Assembly: GCA_965218585.1 (NCBI GenBank)
Contig: CBDCLE010000024.1
Location: 321,037 to 385,036, forward strand
Source of the DNA: Terriglobia bacterium
GTDB lineage: Bacteria > Acidobacteriota > Terriglobia > 20CM-2-55-15
Direction of reading: 5' to 3'
Length of the DNA: 64,000 nt
Positions 1-9,553 of this stretch are shown piece by piece (positions within the stretch are counted from its first letter, which is position 1; every line of letters begins with the position of its first letter). The position numbers and the translations under genes are program-made. A model generated the notes under the pieces. It was not told the DNA's origin. It did not search any database and saw only the letters and a list, made by a program, of their open reading frames with translations.

Positions 1-2051
1 GGAAGTTCAGTCGCGAGGTCCGGATATTGAACACGGTGGGTATTGCCGGGCACGTTTTTTCGAGCTGCGAAGGTGCTGTTATCAACGATGCCTATGCGGA
101 TGAGAGATTCAATCCCGAGATCGACAGCAAGACCGGTTTTACGACGAAAAGCATCCTCTGTGCTCCGCTGCTGACGCTTCGCGGCGAGAAGATTGGAGTC
201 TCCCAGCTTCTCAACAAGAAAGACGGGAAGTTTACAGAGCAAGATCTGGCTCTGCTCGAAGCCATGATCGAGCAGGCTGCGATTGCCCTCGAGAATCTGC
301 GTACGGTCGAGGAGGTTGAAAGCTCTCGGTAGCAAGAACTGGAATTCCTCAACGTCGTTTCGGAAGTGTCGTCCGAGCTCAAGCTCGGCCCCCTGCTTCA
401 GAAGCTGATCGGGACCGTCACGCGAATGTTGGACTCGGAGCGATCGACTCTGTTCATCAACGACGAAAAAACGAACGAGCTGTTCACGTTGATTGGCGAG
501 GGCCTCGGCACTACCCAGATCAGGCTTCCCAACACGGCCGGCATTGCCGGCACTGTTTTCACTTCGTGCGAGAGCATGAATATCCCGCATGCCTATGCGG
601 ACCTCAGGTTCAATCCCAGCTTCGACCGACAGACCGGTTTCTTCACCCGCTCCATCCTCTGCGTGCCGGTGATCAACAAGGAAGGCAAGGCAATTGGCGT
701 CACTCAGGTCCTGAATAAGAGGGGTGGGCCGTTCACAGAGGAGGACGAAGCCCGGCTCAAGGCTTTTACGTCGCAGATCTCCATCGGCATAGAAAACGCC
801 AAGCTCTTCGATGACGTTCAGAACATGAAGAACTACAACGAGAGCATGCTCGAGAGTATGTCCAGCGGTGTCGTTACGATGAACGAGGACGGAGTAATTC
901 TGACGTGCAATAAGGCCGGGCTCGAGATCATGAGAGTCGACGAAATCGAAATTCTGCTCAAGCCTGCGGAGGAGTTTTTCGTTGAACAGAACGCCTGGAT
1001 AATTGAAAAGATTACCCGGGTCGTCGAAGAGGAAACCCAGGAAGTCGTCATGGATACCGAGATGGAATTCGGTGAGGAGACGGTTTCCGCCAACGTGACT
1101 CTCATGCCTTTGATCAGCGCGAATGAGAAGAAGCTGGGTTCCATGATCATGATCGAAGACATCAGCGGCGAGAAACGGATGAAGTCTACGATGTCCCGAT
1201 ACATGGACGCATCTCTGGCCGACAGGCTTCTCGAGGAGGATGAAGACATCCTGGGCGGGCATAGCAGTGTGGCGACGGTATTGTTTTCCAACATCCGTAG
1301 TTTTACTTCTTTTACAGAGGAGCTTGGCGCTCAAGCGACAGTCGCATTGCTGAACGAGTACTTCACGCTGATGGTGGAGTGCATCCAGGATCAGGGCGGG
1401 ATGCTGGACAAGTTCATCGGCGATGCAATCATGGCAGTGTTCGGTACGCCGCTGGCCCACGAAGACGATCCGGATCGGGCTGTTCGGGCCGCGATCGACA
1501 TGATGCGCGCTCTCGAGGGATTCAACAGGGAAAGGGAGGCGGAAGCTCTCAAGCCTGTGGATATCGGCGTGGGCATCAACACGGACTCGATCGTATCGGG
1601 AAACATCGGCTCGCCCAAACGTATGGACTACACGGTGATCGGGGACGGGGTCAATTTGGCCTCACGCCTTGAAAGCGCCTGTAAGCAGTACGGAGCGCGC
1701 GTCCTGGTCAGCGAATATACGTACAAACAGTTGAAAGGCACGTATCGTGCCCGTGAAGTCGACCGCGTGATCGTTAAAGGCAAGACGCAACCTGTAGACG
1801 TTTTCGAGATCCTCGACTATCACACCGAAGAGTCGTTCCCGAACATCATCGAAACGCTCGGTCATTTCCGGGATGGGGTCCAGTATTACCGCCGTCAGCA
1901 GTGGGACAAAGCCGAGAAGGCGTTCAACGAAGCCATCGCCCTGGGGCCTTCTGACCTTCTGTCGAAGCTCTATCTGGAGCGCTGCGAGCAATTGCGATCG
2001 GACCCGCCAGCCGAGGATTGGGACGGTGTCTGGGTCATGACTTCGAAGTAG
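1..2051 (+). pseudogene. GAF-GAF-PAS class III adenylate/guanylate cyclase, 5'-truncated by the window edge, with an in-frame TAG at 330-332
   Basis: ORFs 27-332 and 366-2051 are in the same frame and joined by ESSR*QELEFLNVVSEVSS. GAF motifs are present (RFNPxxDxxTGFxTxSILC twice), as are cyclase motifs KFIGDAIMA and GDGVNLASRLE. The first metal-binding Asp reads N (LFSNIRSFT, AAC at 1290-1292). Confidence 0.8.
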
Positions 2052-2171
2052 CCAATCCCGCCGGTACGCCTAAGTTCCGATCCTGAACCCTGGTTCCAAT
2101 GATGGAGCCCATCGTCCCGGCTCCGACAATTCCAATACCTAACATGTCTTAACGAAAAGTGTGGGGGGTTG

Positions 2172-3500
2172 CTAGCGCGTCAGCCTGTATATGAGGATCG
2201 CGGCTCTCTGAATAGCCGGGACGATAGAGGTAAGGTCGAGCGTTTCTTCCACCGTATGTCCGTCCTCGCCTTGCGGGCCGAGTCCATCGATCGCAGCTCC
2301 CACGTTGGGGGCGACAAACGACACGTCTGCAGCGCCCCTCTCGGAAGGATCTTCGGGCCGTACGGGCCGGTAGCCGAGAGCTTCACTTATTGCGCTGTAG
2401 TCTCCGAGCAACGCATAGTTGTCCTCGGTCGGTGTCATCGCGGGGTAACCGGGACTAAACGTGAGGGCTGCGCTCGTCTCGGGCAGATTGTCTTCGACGA
2501 TTGCACTCATTCGCTCCTGGGCGCTTTCCAACTGGTCTGTGGAGATGGTTCGTAAGTCACCCTCCAGGATCAGGCGCTGGGCGACGACGTTGGTCTTGCC
2601 GCCGGCGGTGCCCGTGCTGGTGGACGGATCGTAGTCGACATCGGTCCCACCAAGAATAACGCCGACGTTGAACGTGAGGTATTCCTCGCCACGAATCTGA
2701 CTGTAGAAGGCGTTCAGGATACGCGAGGCTTCGTAGACCGCGCCGGCGCCGACGGTGTCACGGAAGATCTGGGAAGAGTGGGAGGGCGTGCCCGTTACTT
2801 CAAGAGACCAGTTGGCAGCTCCCCGCCGGGCAACGACACCGATGTTACTCTGATCGTCCGCAGAGCCTCCTTCAAAGCCCAGCGCGATGTCGCTCTCCCT
2901 CCCGAAGTCGATCAGCGCCTCTTTGGCGACCGACAGAGGAAGTCCCGGTCGTTCTTCTTCGCCGGTAAAGATGACGCGTATGGTGGTGTCTTCGAGCGCA
3001 CCCACTTCGGCGAGTGCCTTGAGGGCGAAGAGCAGGACAACGTTACCCCCTTTCATGTCCGACACCCCGGGGCCCCTCGCCACGTCCCCTTCGCGCGTGA
3101 ATCGTTGAAAAGGGCTGTCGGGTTCGAAGACGGTGTCCAGATGGCCGATCAGCAGGACGGACCGGCCCCGATTGCCCTCACGTTCAGCGACAAGGTGTCC
3201 TGCCCGGTTTATCGTCTCGGGGAGCGGAAGCCAGCGGGCGTCGAATCCCAGCATGTCCAGTTCAGGTTCGAGGACGTCGGAAACTGCCTTGACGCCCTCA
3301 GGATTCAGCGTCCCACTGTTGATGTTTACAGTGGTTTCGAGAAGTTCGAGCGCTTCCGGGAGATGCTCTTCGGCGTATTCGGCGATCTGCCGCTCGATGT
3401 CAGACAGTTGAGCCGTAACCCCTGCTAAAGGAACGAGCAGAGAGAACAGGAACGAAACGAAGCAGCCTCTGGAAATCGATCGCATGGTTTTGATTATCAA
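2172..3500 (-). CDS. Exported M20 family metallopeptidase (glutamate carboxypeptidase-like)
   Basis: Signal peptide; LIGHLDTVF, GPGVSDMKGG, GEEE and GHTVEE motifs. The start may be the ATG at 3485. Confidence 0.9.
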   Translation of the reverse strand: MIIKTMRSISRGCFVSFLFSLLVPLAGVTAQLSDIERQIAEYAEEHLPEALELLETTVNINSGTLNPEGVKAVSDVLEPELDMLGFDARWLPLPETINRAGHLVAEREGNRGRSVLLIGHLDTVFEPDSPFQRFTREGDVARGPGVSDMKGGNVVLLFALKALAEVGALEDTTIRVIFTGEEERPGLPLSVAKEALIDFGRESDIALGFEGGSADDQSNIGVVARRGAANWSLEVTGTPSHSSQIFRDTVGAGAVYEASRILNAFYSQIRGEEYLTFNVGVILGGTDVDYDPSTSTGTAGGKTNVVAQRLILEGDLRTISTDQLESAQERMSAIVEDNLPETSAALTFSPGYPAMTPTEDNYALLGDYSAISEALGYRPVRPEDPSERGAADVSFVAPNVGAAIDGLGPQGEDGHTVEETLDLTSIVPAIQRAAILIYRLTR

Positions 3501-3518
3501 TGGCGGCGGTTCGTCCGT

Positions 3519-4163
3519 CTAGAGCTTTTCCATCTCCCAGAGAACCACGTCGCTGTCCTTCGGAACGAAGATGCCACCACCACAGTTGATGAAGTGTCGG
3601 CCGATCGCCTTTCTGTACCACTCCGTTTCATACCGATGCATCGTGTTGTCCGTTCGTTCGGGATCGCAGTTGTCCTTGTCCCAATCCTGGGCCGTCAACA
3701 TCTGCAAATACGCTGCACCCCGGCAGTGCCGGGCGATATTGGCCAGCGCGTCCCGAATTCCCCGCCGCGTCAGATAGGGAAGGACATCCTGGCAGATCAC
3801 CAGGTCGTATTTATGCCGGGAGCTGAAATCGGTGACCGATGATTCTATCCATCCAAACTGCTTACACAAATAAGGGGAAACATCGGCGCCTGTGTAGCGG
3901 GCCCGCGGATCGTAGGTGGCCAGTGCACCCTTCCAGCGGCCCAGACCACAACCGAGATCGAGGACTTCCCGGAGTGGAATCTCCAGGTACTCGAGGTAGC
4001 CGAGGACGAATTTCGAAAGACGGGAGAATTCTTCCGGGCTCGAGGCACGGGTGTCCGCACTCTGGTAGAAGCGTTCGAAGAACTCGCGGTCGAATTTGCC
4101 GGGGTCGGGTTTGTTGCTCACAGGAACCTTGCTGTAGGCGCGGTCTTTGACCGCACGGCTCAA
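3519..4163 (-). CDS. Class I SAM-dependent methyltransferase
   Basis: VLDLGCGLG motif I; YDLVICQDVLPY. Confidence 0.85.
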   Translation of the reverse strand: MSRAVKDRAYSKVPVSNKPDPGKFDREFFERFYQSADTRASSPEEFSRLSKFVLGYLEYLEIPLREVLDLGCGLGRWKGALATYDPRARYTGADVSPYLCKQFGWIESSVTDFSSRHKYDLVICQDVLPYLTRRGIRDALANIARHCRGAAYLQMLTAQDWDKDNCDPERTDNTMHRYETEWYRKAIGRHFINCGGGIFVPKDSDVVLWEMEKL

Positions 4164-4261
4164 AGTACACAGCCCTCAAGGCATGGGGTATCGGCCGAAG
4201 GACGATGGACCGCCCCATGCTAGTGAGGTGGCGTACCTAACAGACCCAGATTCCATGGGTC

Positions 4262-4714
4262 CTACTCATTCTGGGTGCGGCTGGGTTGAGACGCGGAATC
4301 CTGGGTTGAGACGTCCTCGGAATCTTCCGGGCTGCTGCGGCTTTGTCCGTCGAACCGGCCTCCCGCTTCGACGACCAGTTGCGGCGTTCGGATGTCGCCC
4401 CGTACCCGGCCCGTTGAAAATATCTGGACACCCCGACTGCAATCGATGTTGCCGGAAACAGCCCCATGAACCTCGACCTCGCCTGCTTTGATATCGGCGT
4501 GAATCGAGGCACGCTCACCGATGACCAGAGTGTCGGAAGTTTTGATCGATCCCTGAACGTGGCCATCAACGCGGACCGTTCCCGAAAAAACGAGTTCTCC
4601 GCTCAGAGAGGTTCCTTCATCGAGGAAGCCTTTAAAATCATCCGATCCTGAATTCGGTTTGAACTTCAAGCTTTTCTCCCGACCATGATCCGTCAGGTAT
4701 TGTGAAACGATCAT
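4262..4714 (-). CDS. Bactofilin (polymer-forming cytoskeletal protein)
   Basis: GxLxFSGTVRVDGHVQGSI...IGERASIHADI...VRGDIRTPQLVVEAGGRFDG beta-helix repeats. Confidence 0.9.
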   Translation of the reverse strand: MIVSQYLTDHGREKSLKFKPNSGSDDFKGFLDEGTSLSGELVFSGTVRVDGHVQGSIKTSDTLVIGERASIHADIKAGEVEVHGAVSGNIDCSRGVQIFSTGRVRGDIRTPQLVVEAGGRFDGQSRSSPEDSEDVSTQDSASQPSRTQNE

Positions 4715-4834
4715 CCTCCGGAGTCAAACCGGGCCCGGGTTTTGCGGCTCCCCCGATGACGTGTGCGGGTTGAGGTGAGAAGACCCGGCCCTTTTGTCAT
4801 AGAGGCTCTTTTGGGGTGGTGATAGACTTTGAAT

Positions 4835-4993
4835 ATGATTCTCAAGCTGAAGGGTTTCTTTGACGCGATTGGCAACTTCCTGGCCGAATACTACAATCGC
4901 CCTCCTGCCTGCTGTGCCTCCGGAGGGCTCAGCCGCGACCAGCTTGAAGGCCGGCGTCCTTCTTCCGAGAAATCTCCCAACTCCCTTATCTGA
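4835..4993 (+). CDS. Putative 52-aa small protein (MILKLKGFFDAIGNFLAEYYNRPPACCASGG...)
   Basis: Manually translated ATG..TGA ORF in an otherwise empty intergenic region, below the ORF-track cutoff; no family recognised. Confidence 0.35.
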   Translation: MILKLKGFFDAIGNFLAEYYNRPPACCASGGLSRDQLEGRRPSSEKSPNSLI

Positions 4994-5085
4994 ACTGAAG
5001 TGTTTCTCCAGGTGCGGTCTGTGAGCGTATGACGGTATTCGATTGTGGTGCGCTTATAGAAGCTGTGAATAAATGACTATCAGCG

Positions 5086-5152
5086 ACTGTAGGGGCGGTC
5101 TATGACCGCCCAGATCGATTTCTTGTGGGCGCCGATAGAGCGCCCCTACAGT
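5086..5152. repeat. REP/REPIN-like palindromic element, copy 1 (GTAG type)
   Basis: ACTGTAGGGGCG...CGCCCCTACAGT inverted ends with an internal hairpin GGGCGGTCTATGACCGCCC; related copies at 17396 and 54707. Confidence 0.75.
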
Positions 5153-5211
5153 AGGAAGGCCCTTTGTCAGGTGACCGCCTCTGCCACATGACGGAGGCGG
5201 TTACCCGGAGC

Positions 5212-6099
5212 TTAGCGGAGATGTTCGTTGAAGTGGGCGATCGTGCGCTCCCACGCCAGGTTGGCTTGTGACTCGACGAATCGGGGTGTTGAGTCGTTGT
5301 GGAATCCGTGCATCGTGTTCGGGTACGTGTGCATTTCGTAGTCCACGTTGTTCGCCTGGAGTGCCTCTTCATAAGCCGGCCACGCAGAGTTGATCCTGTC
5401 GTCGTCGGAAGCGTACTGGATCATCATTGCCGCATTGATCCGTGAAACGTCAGCCGGAGCCGGAGCGGCACCGTAGAAGGGAACACCCGCGCCCAGTTCG
5501 GGAACCCGAACCGCCAGAGTGTTGACCATCCCACCGCCGAAGCAGAAGCCGACTGCGCCAACCCGGCCTGTCGATTCGTCATGGTTGATGAGGAAATTCG
5601 CCCCAGCAACAAAGTCTTCGGTCATTTCCTGGCGGTCACGTGAAGACTGCATCCGACGACCGTCGTCGTCGTTGCCCGGGTAGCCGCCGAGTGGATAAAG
5701 GGCGTCCGGCCCAAAAGTGATGAACCCCGCGATTGCGCCTCGGCGGACGACATCCCTGACATAGGGATTCAGCCCCCGGTTTTCGTGAACGACAAGAATT
5801 CCCGGCCACGGACCGTTTCCGTTCGTTGGTCTGGCCATGTACCCTCGCATGGTCCCGGCACCCTGAGGTGAGGGATATTCGACGTACTCGGCGCGCATCC
5901 GTTCGTCGGTAAAAGACACCTGTTGCGCCATGGCGTAGTTGGGGCTGAGGCTGTCCAATATCATCGCAGCGGTCACTCCGCCGACGGCATACTTGGCTGC
6001 TCCGTCGAGGAATCCTCTGCGATCGATCATTCCGTGAACATAACGATCGAAAAGTGCCAGAACCTCCGGGTTAAAATCCTTAGCTTTTTGTCGTTCCAT
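5212..6099 (-). CDS. Dienelactone hydrolase family protein (YghX-like)
   Basis: N-terminal FDRYVHGMIDRRGFL; VVHENRGLNP, GFCFGG nucleophile and HGFHNDSTPR. Confidence 0.92.
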   Translation of the reverse strand: MERQKAKDFNPEVLALFDRYVHGMIDRRGFLDGAAKYAVGGVTAAMILDSLSPNYAMAQQVSFTDERMRAEYVEYPSPQGAGTMRGYMARPTNGNGPWPGILVVHENRGLNPYVRDVVRRGAIAGFITFGPDALYPLGGYPGNDDDGRRMQSSRDRQEMTEDFVAGANFLINHDESTGRVGAVGFCFGGGMVNTLAVRVPELGAGVPFYGAAPAPADVSRINAAMMIQYASDDDRINSAWPAYEEALQANNVDYEMHTYPNTMHGFHNDSTPRFVESQANLAWERTIAHFNEHLR

Positions 6100-6415
6100 G
6101 TGTGTGGCTCCTTAAGATTTGCGGGCGCATCGGTCCGCGTCCCGCTGTTTTAGAATTTAGCGTTTAGGTATTGCGGGTTCCCGCCTCAGCCGTCCGACGA
6201 TAGGCGGCGTAGTTGTTACTCGCTTGCAACCCATAAACGAACGGATTCGCCGCTTGTCGAAAAAAGCTGGGCAAAATCATACCGATTTTTCCTATCGGAC
6301 ACACCGTAAATCGAACAATTGTCGAGACGCTCACCCCAACCGACCCTCGCCCTGAAGTCGTCGTTCGAAGTCAGGCTGATCTCGGAGAAAGGGAGGAAGG
6401 ACCTCGTCGGTCTTA

Positions 6416-6940
6416 TCAGAAAATTCCCAGGGGGCGATAAAAAGTGATCAATCGTCCGCAGGTGATGATCGCCAGCCACAGGACCAGCGAAACTCCACCG
6501 ATTATCCTGGCGATCTTCGGGGTCTGCCCACCGACTTCGACACCTGCGACGTCGCGATAGGTGGTGGTGTAGAAGATGAGCACGTTGATGCCTGTCAGGA
6601 ACATGAAAATCATCTTGAGTTGAAACGCGGCGTTGTACATGTACTGATCCGGCTCACCTGTGAAAAAGAGGCTTCCCGTGATCATGTTCATTCCGTAGCC
6701 GAGAATACCAACGGGCACGAGTCTGTGCAACGTCTCTGGTTTGATGTTCTTAAAGAGTCCCAGCAGTCGCAGATCGAACAATCCAACGGTACCGATCAGA
6801 AGCGAGAGCCCCATAAAGTGGAGTGATTCGAGGATAGGCCACAAGTACGGGCTGCCTGTGACCCACATCGACAACGCACTGTTGTCGAGCCAGAGTCGGA
6901 AGGATGTGACGATTTCAACAGACAGTAGAAAGTCGGTCAT
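6416..6940 (-). CDS. DUF6644-like 4-TM membrane protein
   Basis: Four hydrophobic helices; ESLHFMG, DLRLLG, FQLKM and GRLITF motifs. Confidence 0.75.
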   Translation of the reverse strand: MTDFLLSVEIVTSFRLWLDNSALSMWVTGSPYLWPILESLHFMGLSLLIGTVGLFDLRLLGLFKNIKPETLHRLVPVGILGYGMNMITGSLFFTGEPDQYMYNAAFQLKMIFMFLTGINVLIFYTTTYRDVAGVEVGGQTPKIARIIGGVSLVLWLAIITCGRLITFYRPLGIF

Positions 6941-6950
6941 TGACAGTTCA

Positions 6951-7454
6951 TTAGAAAAAGAAAATGTCTTCGCTTGTCAGGCGGCTATAGGTGTAGGCCA
7001 GCAGACGCCCAGCTGTTGTCGCAGAAGCCCAGAGAAAGAGCGATGTGCCAGCCATAATCTTCACCTTCTTCGGAACAAGGCCATCAGAATCAGGGTTGCG
7101 AATATGCCTTCTCAACTGTCTCAGAAGGAGGAGGGCTGCCGCAATGAGAACGAGTTTCAGGTAGAACACCGGGTTCGTGAAGGCTTTTACCGGATATGCA
7201 ATGAGCAAGGCGATCCCGGACAGGACGTTGACGAAGAGTCCGAACCACATGACGGGGAACACACGATCCAGGGAACGTAGAGGGATCGATTGGGCCAAGC
7301 CGAGGATTCTGACGTTGATGGCGGCATTGGTACCGACCAGAAAGGCCATGCCAAAGGCATGGAGTGTCAGCGGCAGGGGAAACGCCAACATCGAGGATGA
7401 CTCGCGGAGCCAGCTGCCGAAGGCACTCTGTTCGAACCAGATCAGGATATCCAT
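6951..7454 (-). CDS. DUF6644-like 4-TM membrane protein (paralog)
   Basis: LTLHAFG, NVRILG, FYLKL and GRLLAY motifs, collinear with the neighbouring gene. Confidence 0.75.
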   Translation of the reverse strand: MDILIWFEQSAFGSWLRESSSMLAFPLPLTLHAFGMAFLVGTNAAINVRILGLAQSIPLRSLDRVFPVMWFGLFVNVLSGIALLIAYPVKAFTNPVFYLKLVLIAAALLLLRQLRRHIRNPDSDGLVPKKVKIMAGTSLFLWASATTAGRLLAYTYSRLTSEDIFFF

Positions 7455-7538
7455 TTAGTTGCCACTCGTGAGGCCGCGGCAATGGTATCGGAAGCCGGGG
7501 GGGGAGATCAACGCTGTCGGGCGAATATTGCTAGGCCG

Positions 7539-7922
7539 TCAGGGTCGGCTTCGAATCCAAGTCCACCCGTCCGAAGGACGTTCGATGCCTTTCAAATGGA
7601 TCTTGTGCTCCGCGGGGTTTCGACCCGGACTGCCGGTGAGGATTATCCAGTCGCCCGCCTTTAGAGTGTTTTCGTTCACTCCGGCTCTGCCGAGCCGGTT
7701 GACGTTGGCCCATTCTGCCGCAAACATCTGCATCTCACCGTCTTCGTCGGGTGCCATTACGTAAATCCATGCGTGGGGACTTCTCAGGGTGAACTCGAAG
7801 AGCTCACCTTCTACCGAAACTAACCGATCTTCAAAATAGAAACGGGCGAACGAATGGTGTGCGTATGCGGGGATGCCCACAGCGAGAGTGAGAAGAACCA
7901 GGCCCGTCAACAGACGTTTCAT
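7539..7922 (-). CDS. DUF6152-like exported protein (copy A)
   Basis: Signal peptide ending AYA followed by HHSFA; SPHAWIYV; GDWIILTGSP. Confidence 0.8.
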   Translation of the reverse strand: MKRLLTGLVLLTLAVGIPAYAHHSFARFYFEDRLVSVEGELFEFTLRSPHAWIYVMAPDEDGEMQMFAAEWANVNRLGRAGVNENTLKAGDWIILTGSPGRNPAEHKIHLKGIERPSDGWTWIRSRP

Positions 7923-8046
7923 GCGCTTGCTCTCTTCAGCCAGCATGCTCTTAGCTTAATACCGACCGAGGAAAACGGAAAAGCCAAAAACAGATAAATC
8001 CCTGCAGACGACCACTTAGGGAAGCGTCCGTTGCGGGGGAGTCTGC

Positions 8047-8865
8047 CTAATACCACTCGCGGATTCGCACCTCGATGTCGCTCTCGCTGCCGAGAGCGTT
8101 CCGAAACACCTCGGGGTCCTGACCACGGAAGTGATAGGGATAGACGATTGAAGGTCTGAAGGCCTTCGCGCAGTCCGCCGCTTCCTCCGGCGTCATGGTG
8201 AAGGGCAGGTTCATCGGCAGAAAAGCGACGTCGATGTTCTCCAGCGCCTGTATTTCCGGGACACACTCGGTGTCTCCGGATACGAAAATCCGTCGTTCGC
8301 CCATCGTTACAACGTATCCCTGGCCCCGACCCATTGGGTGGTAGAGCCCTCCTTCTTCCGGCCCCCGAGTGAGGTTGTAAGCAGGCACGGCTTCGATTCC
8401 GATGATCGTGTCCGGAAGACGGATCGCGCTGTACTCTCCGTTTAAATACACGGTGGCGGTAGTGATCGTGTTCCAGACCTCACGGGGCGCTATGGTGACC
8501 GCCCCCGGCTTTCTCACCGATTGAGCCGCGTCGGGATTCATGTGGTCGCCATGGATGTCGGTGATCAGGACAATATCCGCTCTGCGGTCCTGCATTTCGG
8601 AAAAATCACCCACAGGATCCACGTAAACTCTTCTCCCGTTCAATTCCAGCATCAGGCTTGCGTGCCCGATCGGGGTGATCGTCACGTCGCCTTCCGTGCT
8701 TTCGATGACGTCGGATACTGTGGGATTGTGCGGTGGCGCGGCTTGGCCACCACGACCGCGCTGGGCGGCGGATAGTTCGCTGCAGGGAATCCAGATGAGC
8801 AGAGCGCCATCCAGCAGGACGAGGCCCAGGCTGAACAATCGATTCTTTCCCAGGACGTCTTTCAT
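8047..8865 (-). CDS. Exported MBL-fold metallo-hydrolase
   Basis: GHASL, TDIHGDH, SGDTE and YPYH motifs; signal peptide. Confidence 0.88.
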   Translation of the reverse strand: MKDVLGKNRLFSLGLVLLDGALLIWIPCSELSAAQRGRGGQAAPPHNPTVSDVIESTEGDVTITPIGHASLMLELNGRRVYVDPVGDFSEMQDRRADIVLITDIHGDHMNPDAAQSVRKPGAVTIAPREVWNTITTATVYLNGEYSAIRLPDTIIGIEAVPAYNLTRGPEEGGLYHPMGRGQGYVVTMGERRIFVSGDTECVPEIQALENIDVAFLPMNLPFTMTPEEAADCAKAFRPSIVYPYHFRGQDPEVFRNALGSESDIEVRIREWY

Positions 8866-9143
8866 GGTGTATCCCCTCTATTGGTCCAAATGAGCGGTTC
8901 GATAACTAGGTAACTTCCTGTAGCTATTCCATATATTTGGGAAAAGCATTGCAACGGGCCCCCGATGGAGGGCTAGAGTTCACCGTTTACCGCACCGTGG
9001 CGGAGCAGTCAATGAAAAACCCTTTGAGCCCCCCCATAGAGTTGAACTTCGGAGTTTTTCCGACCTTTCGAGCCCTTTCGGTTTCTCGGCCGAGTTCAGA
9101 GGCGATGTTGATCCGGGGTTGGATCCCGTCGCGCCTGCGCGGG

Positions 9144-9512
9144 TCATTCACCAGGAAGGAGCGTCAGCTCTGATCCAGAACACTGATTCCCCAAATACAT
9201 CCCGTGCGCTTCGGGATTCCTCGCTGGACAACCGACAGCGGTTATGGCCCGTCCTTCTTCCCACCCGGCCGCATTCGACATCTCGACACGGTTGCCCCCA
9301 TAAATAGTCCAGACAACCGTTTCTCCATCCGGCTCGGTGACTTCAACCAGCATGTAGGAGTGGGGATTCACCAACCTCAGGTCCACCACTACCCCGGTGA
9401 CTTCCTCGGTGCGATCCAGAAAATAGAACGTCGCCTGCGAGTGGTGCGCCTCGAGGGGAAGGGTGAGGATCAAGAAGATGCCCATCATAAGGACTGAAAT
9501 TCCAACTTTCAT
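9144..9512 (-). CDS. DUF6152-like exported protein (copy B)
   Basis: Signal peptide ending LEA followed by HHSQA; NPHSYMLV; GGAG RBS upstream. Confidence 0.8.
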   Translation of the reverse strand: MKVGISVLMMGIFLILTLPLEAHHSQATFYFLDRTEEVTGVVVDLRLVNPHSYMLVEVTEPDGETVVWTIYGGNRVEMSNAAGWEEGRAITAVGCPARNPEAHGMYLGNQCSGSELTLLPGE

Positions 9513-9553
9513 TTCTCTATTCTCCTTAAGCATGATTCCAAAATTGTCTTCGC

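Noticed and set aside
330-332. Pyrrolysine or amber recoding in the cyclase
   Set aside because: TAG is the normal stop of many intact genes here (e.g. 2051, 24679, 38079), no pyl genes are in the window, and a second inactivating change is present.
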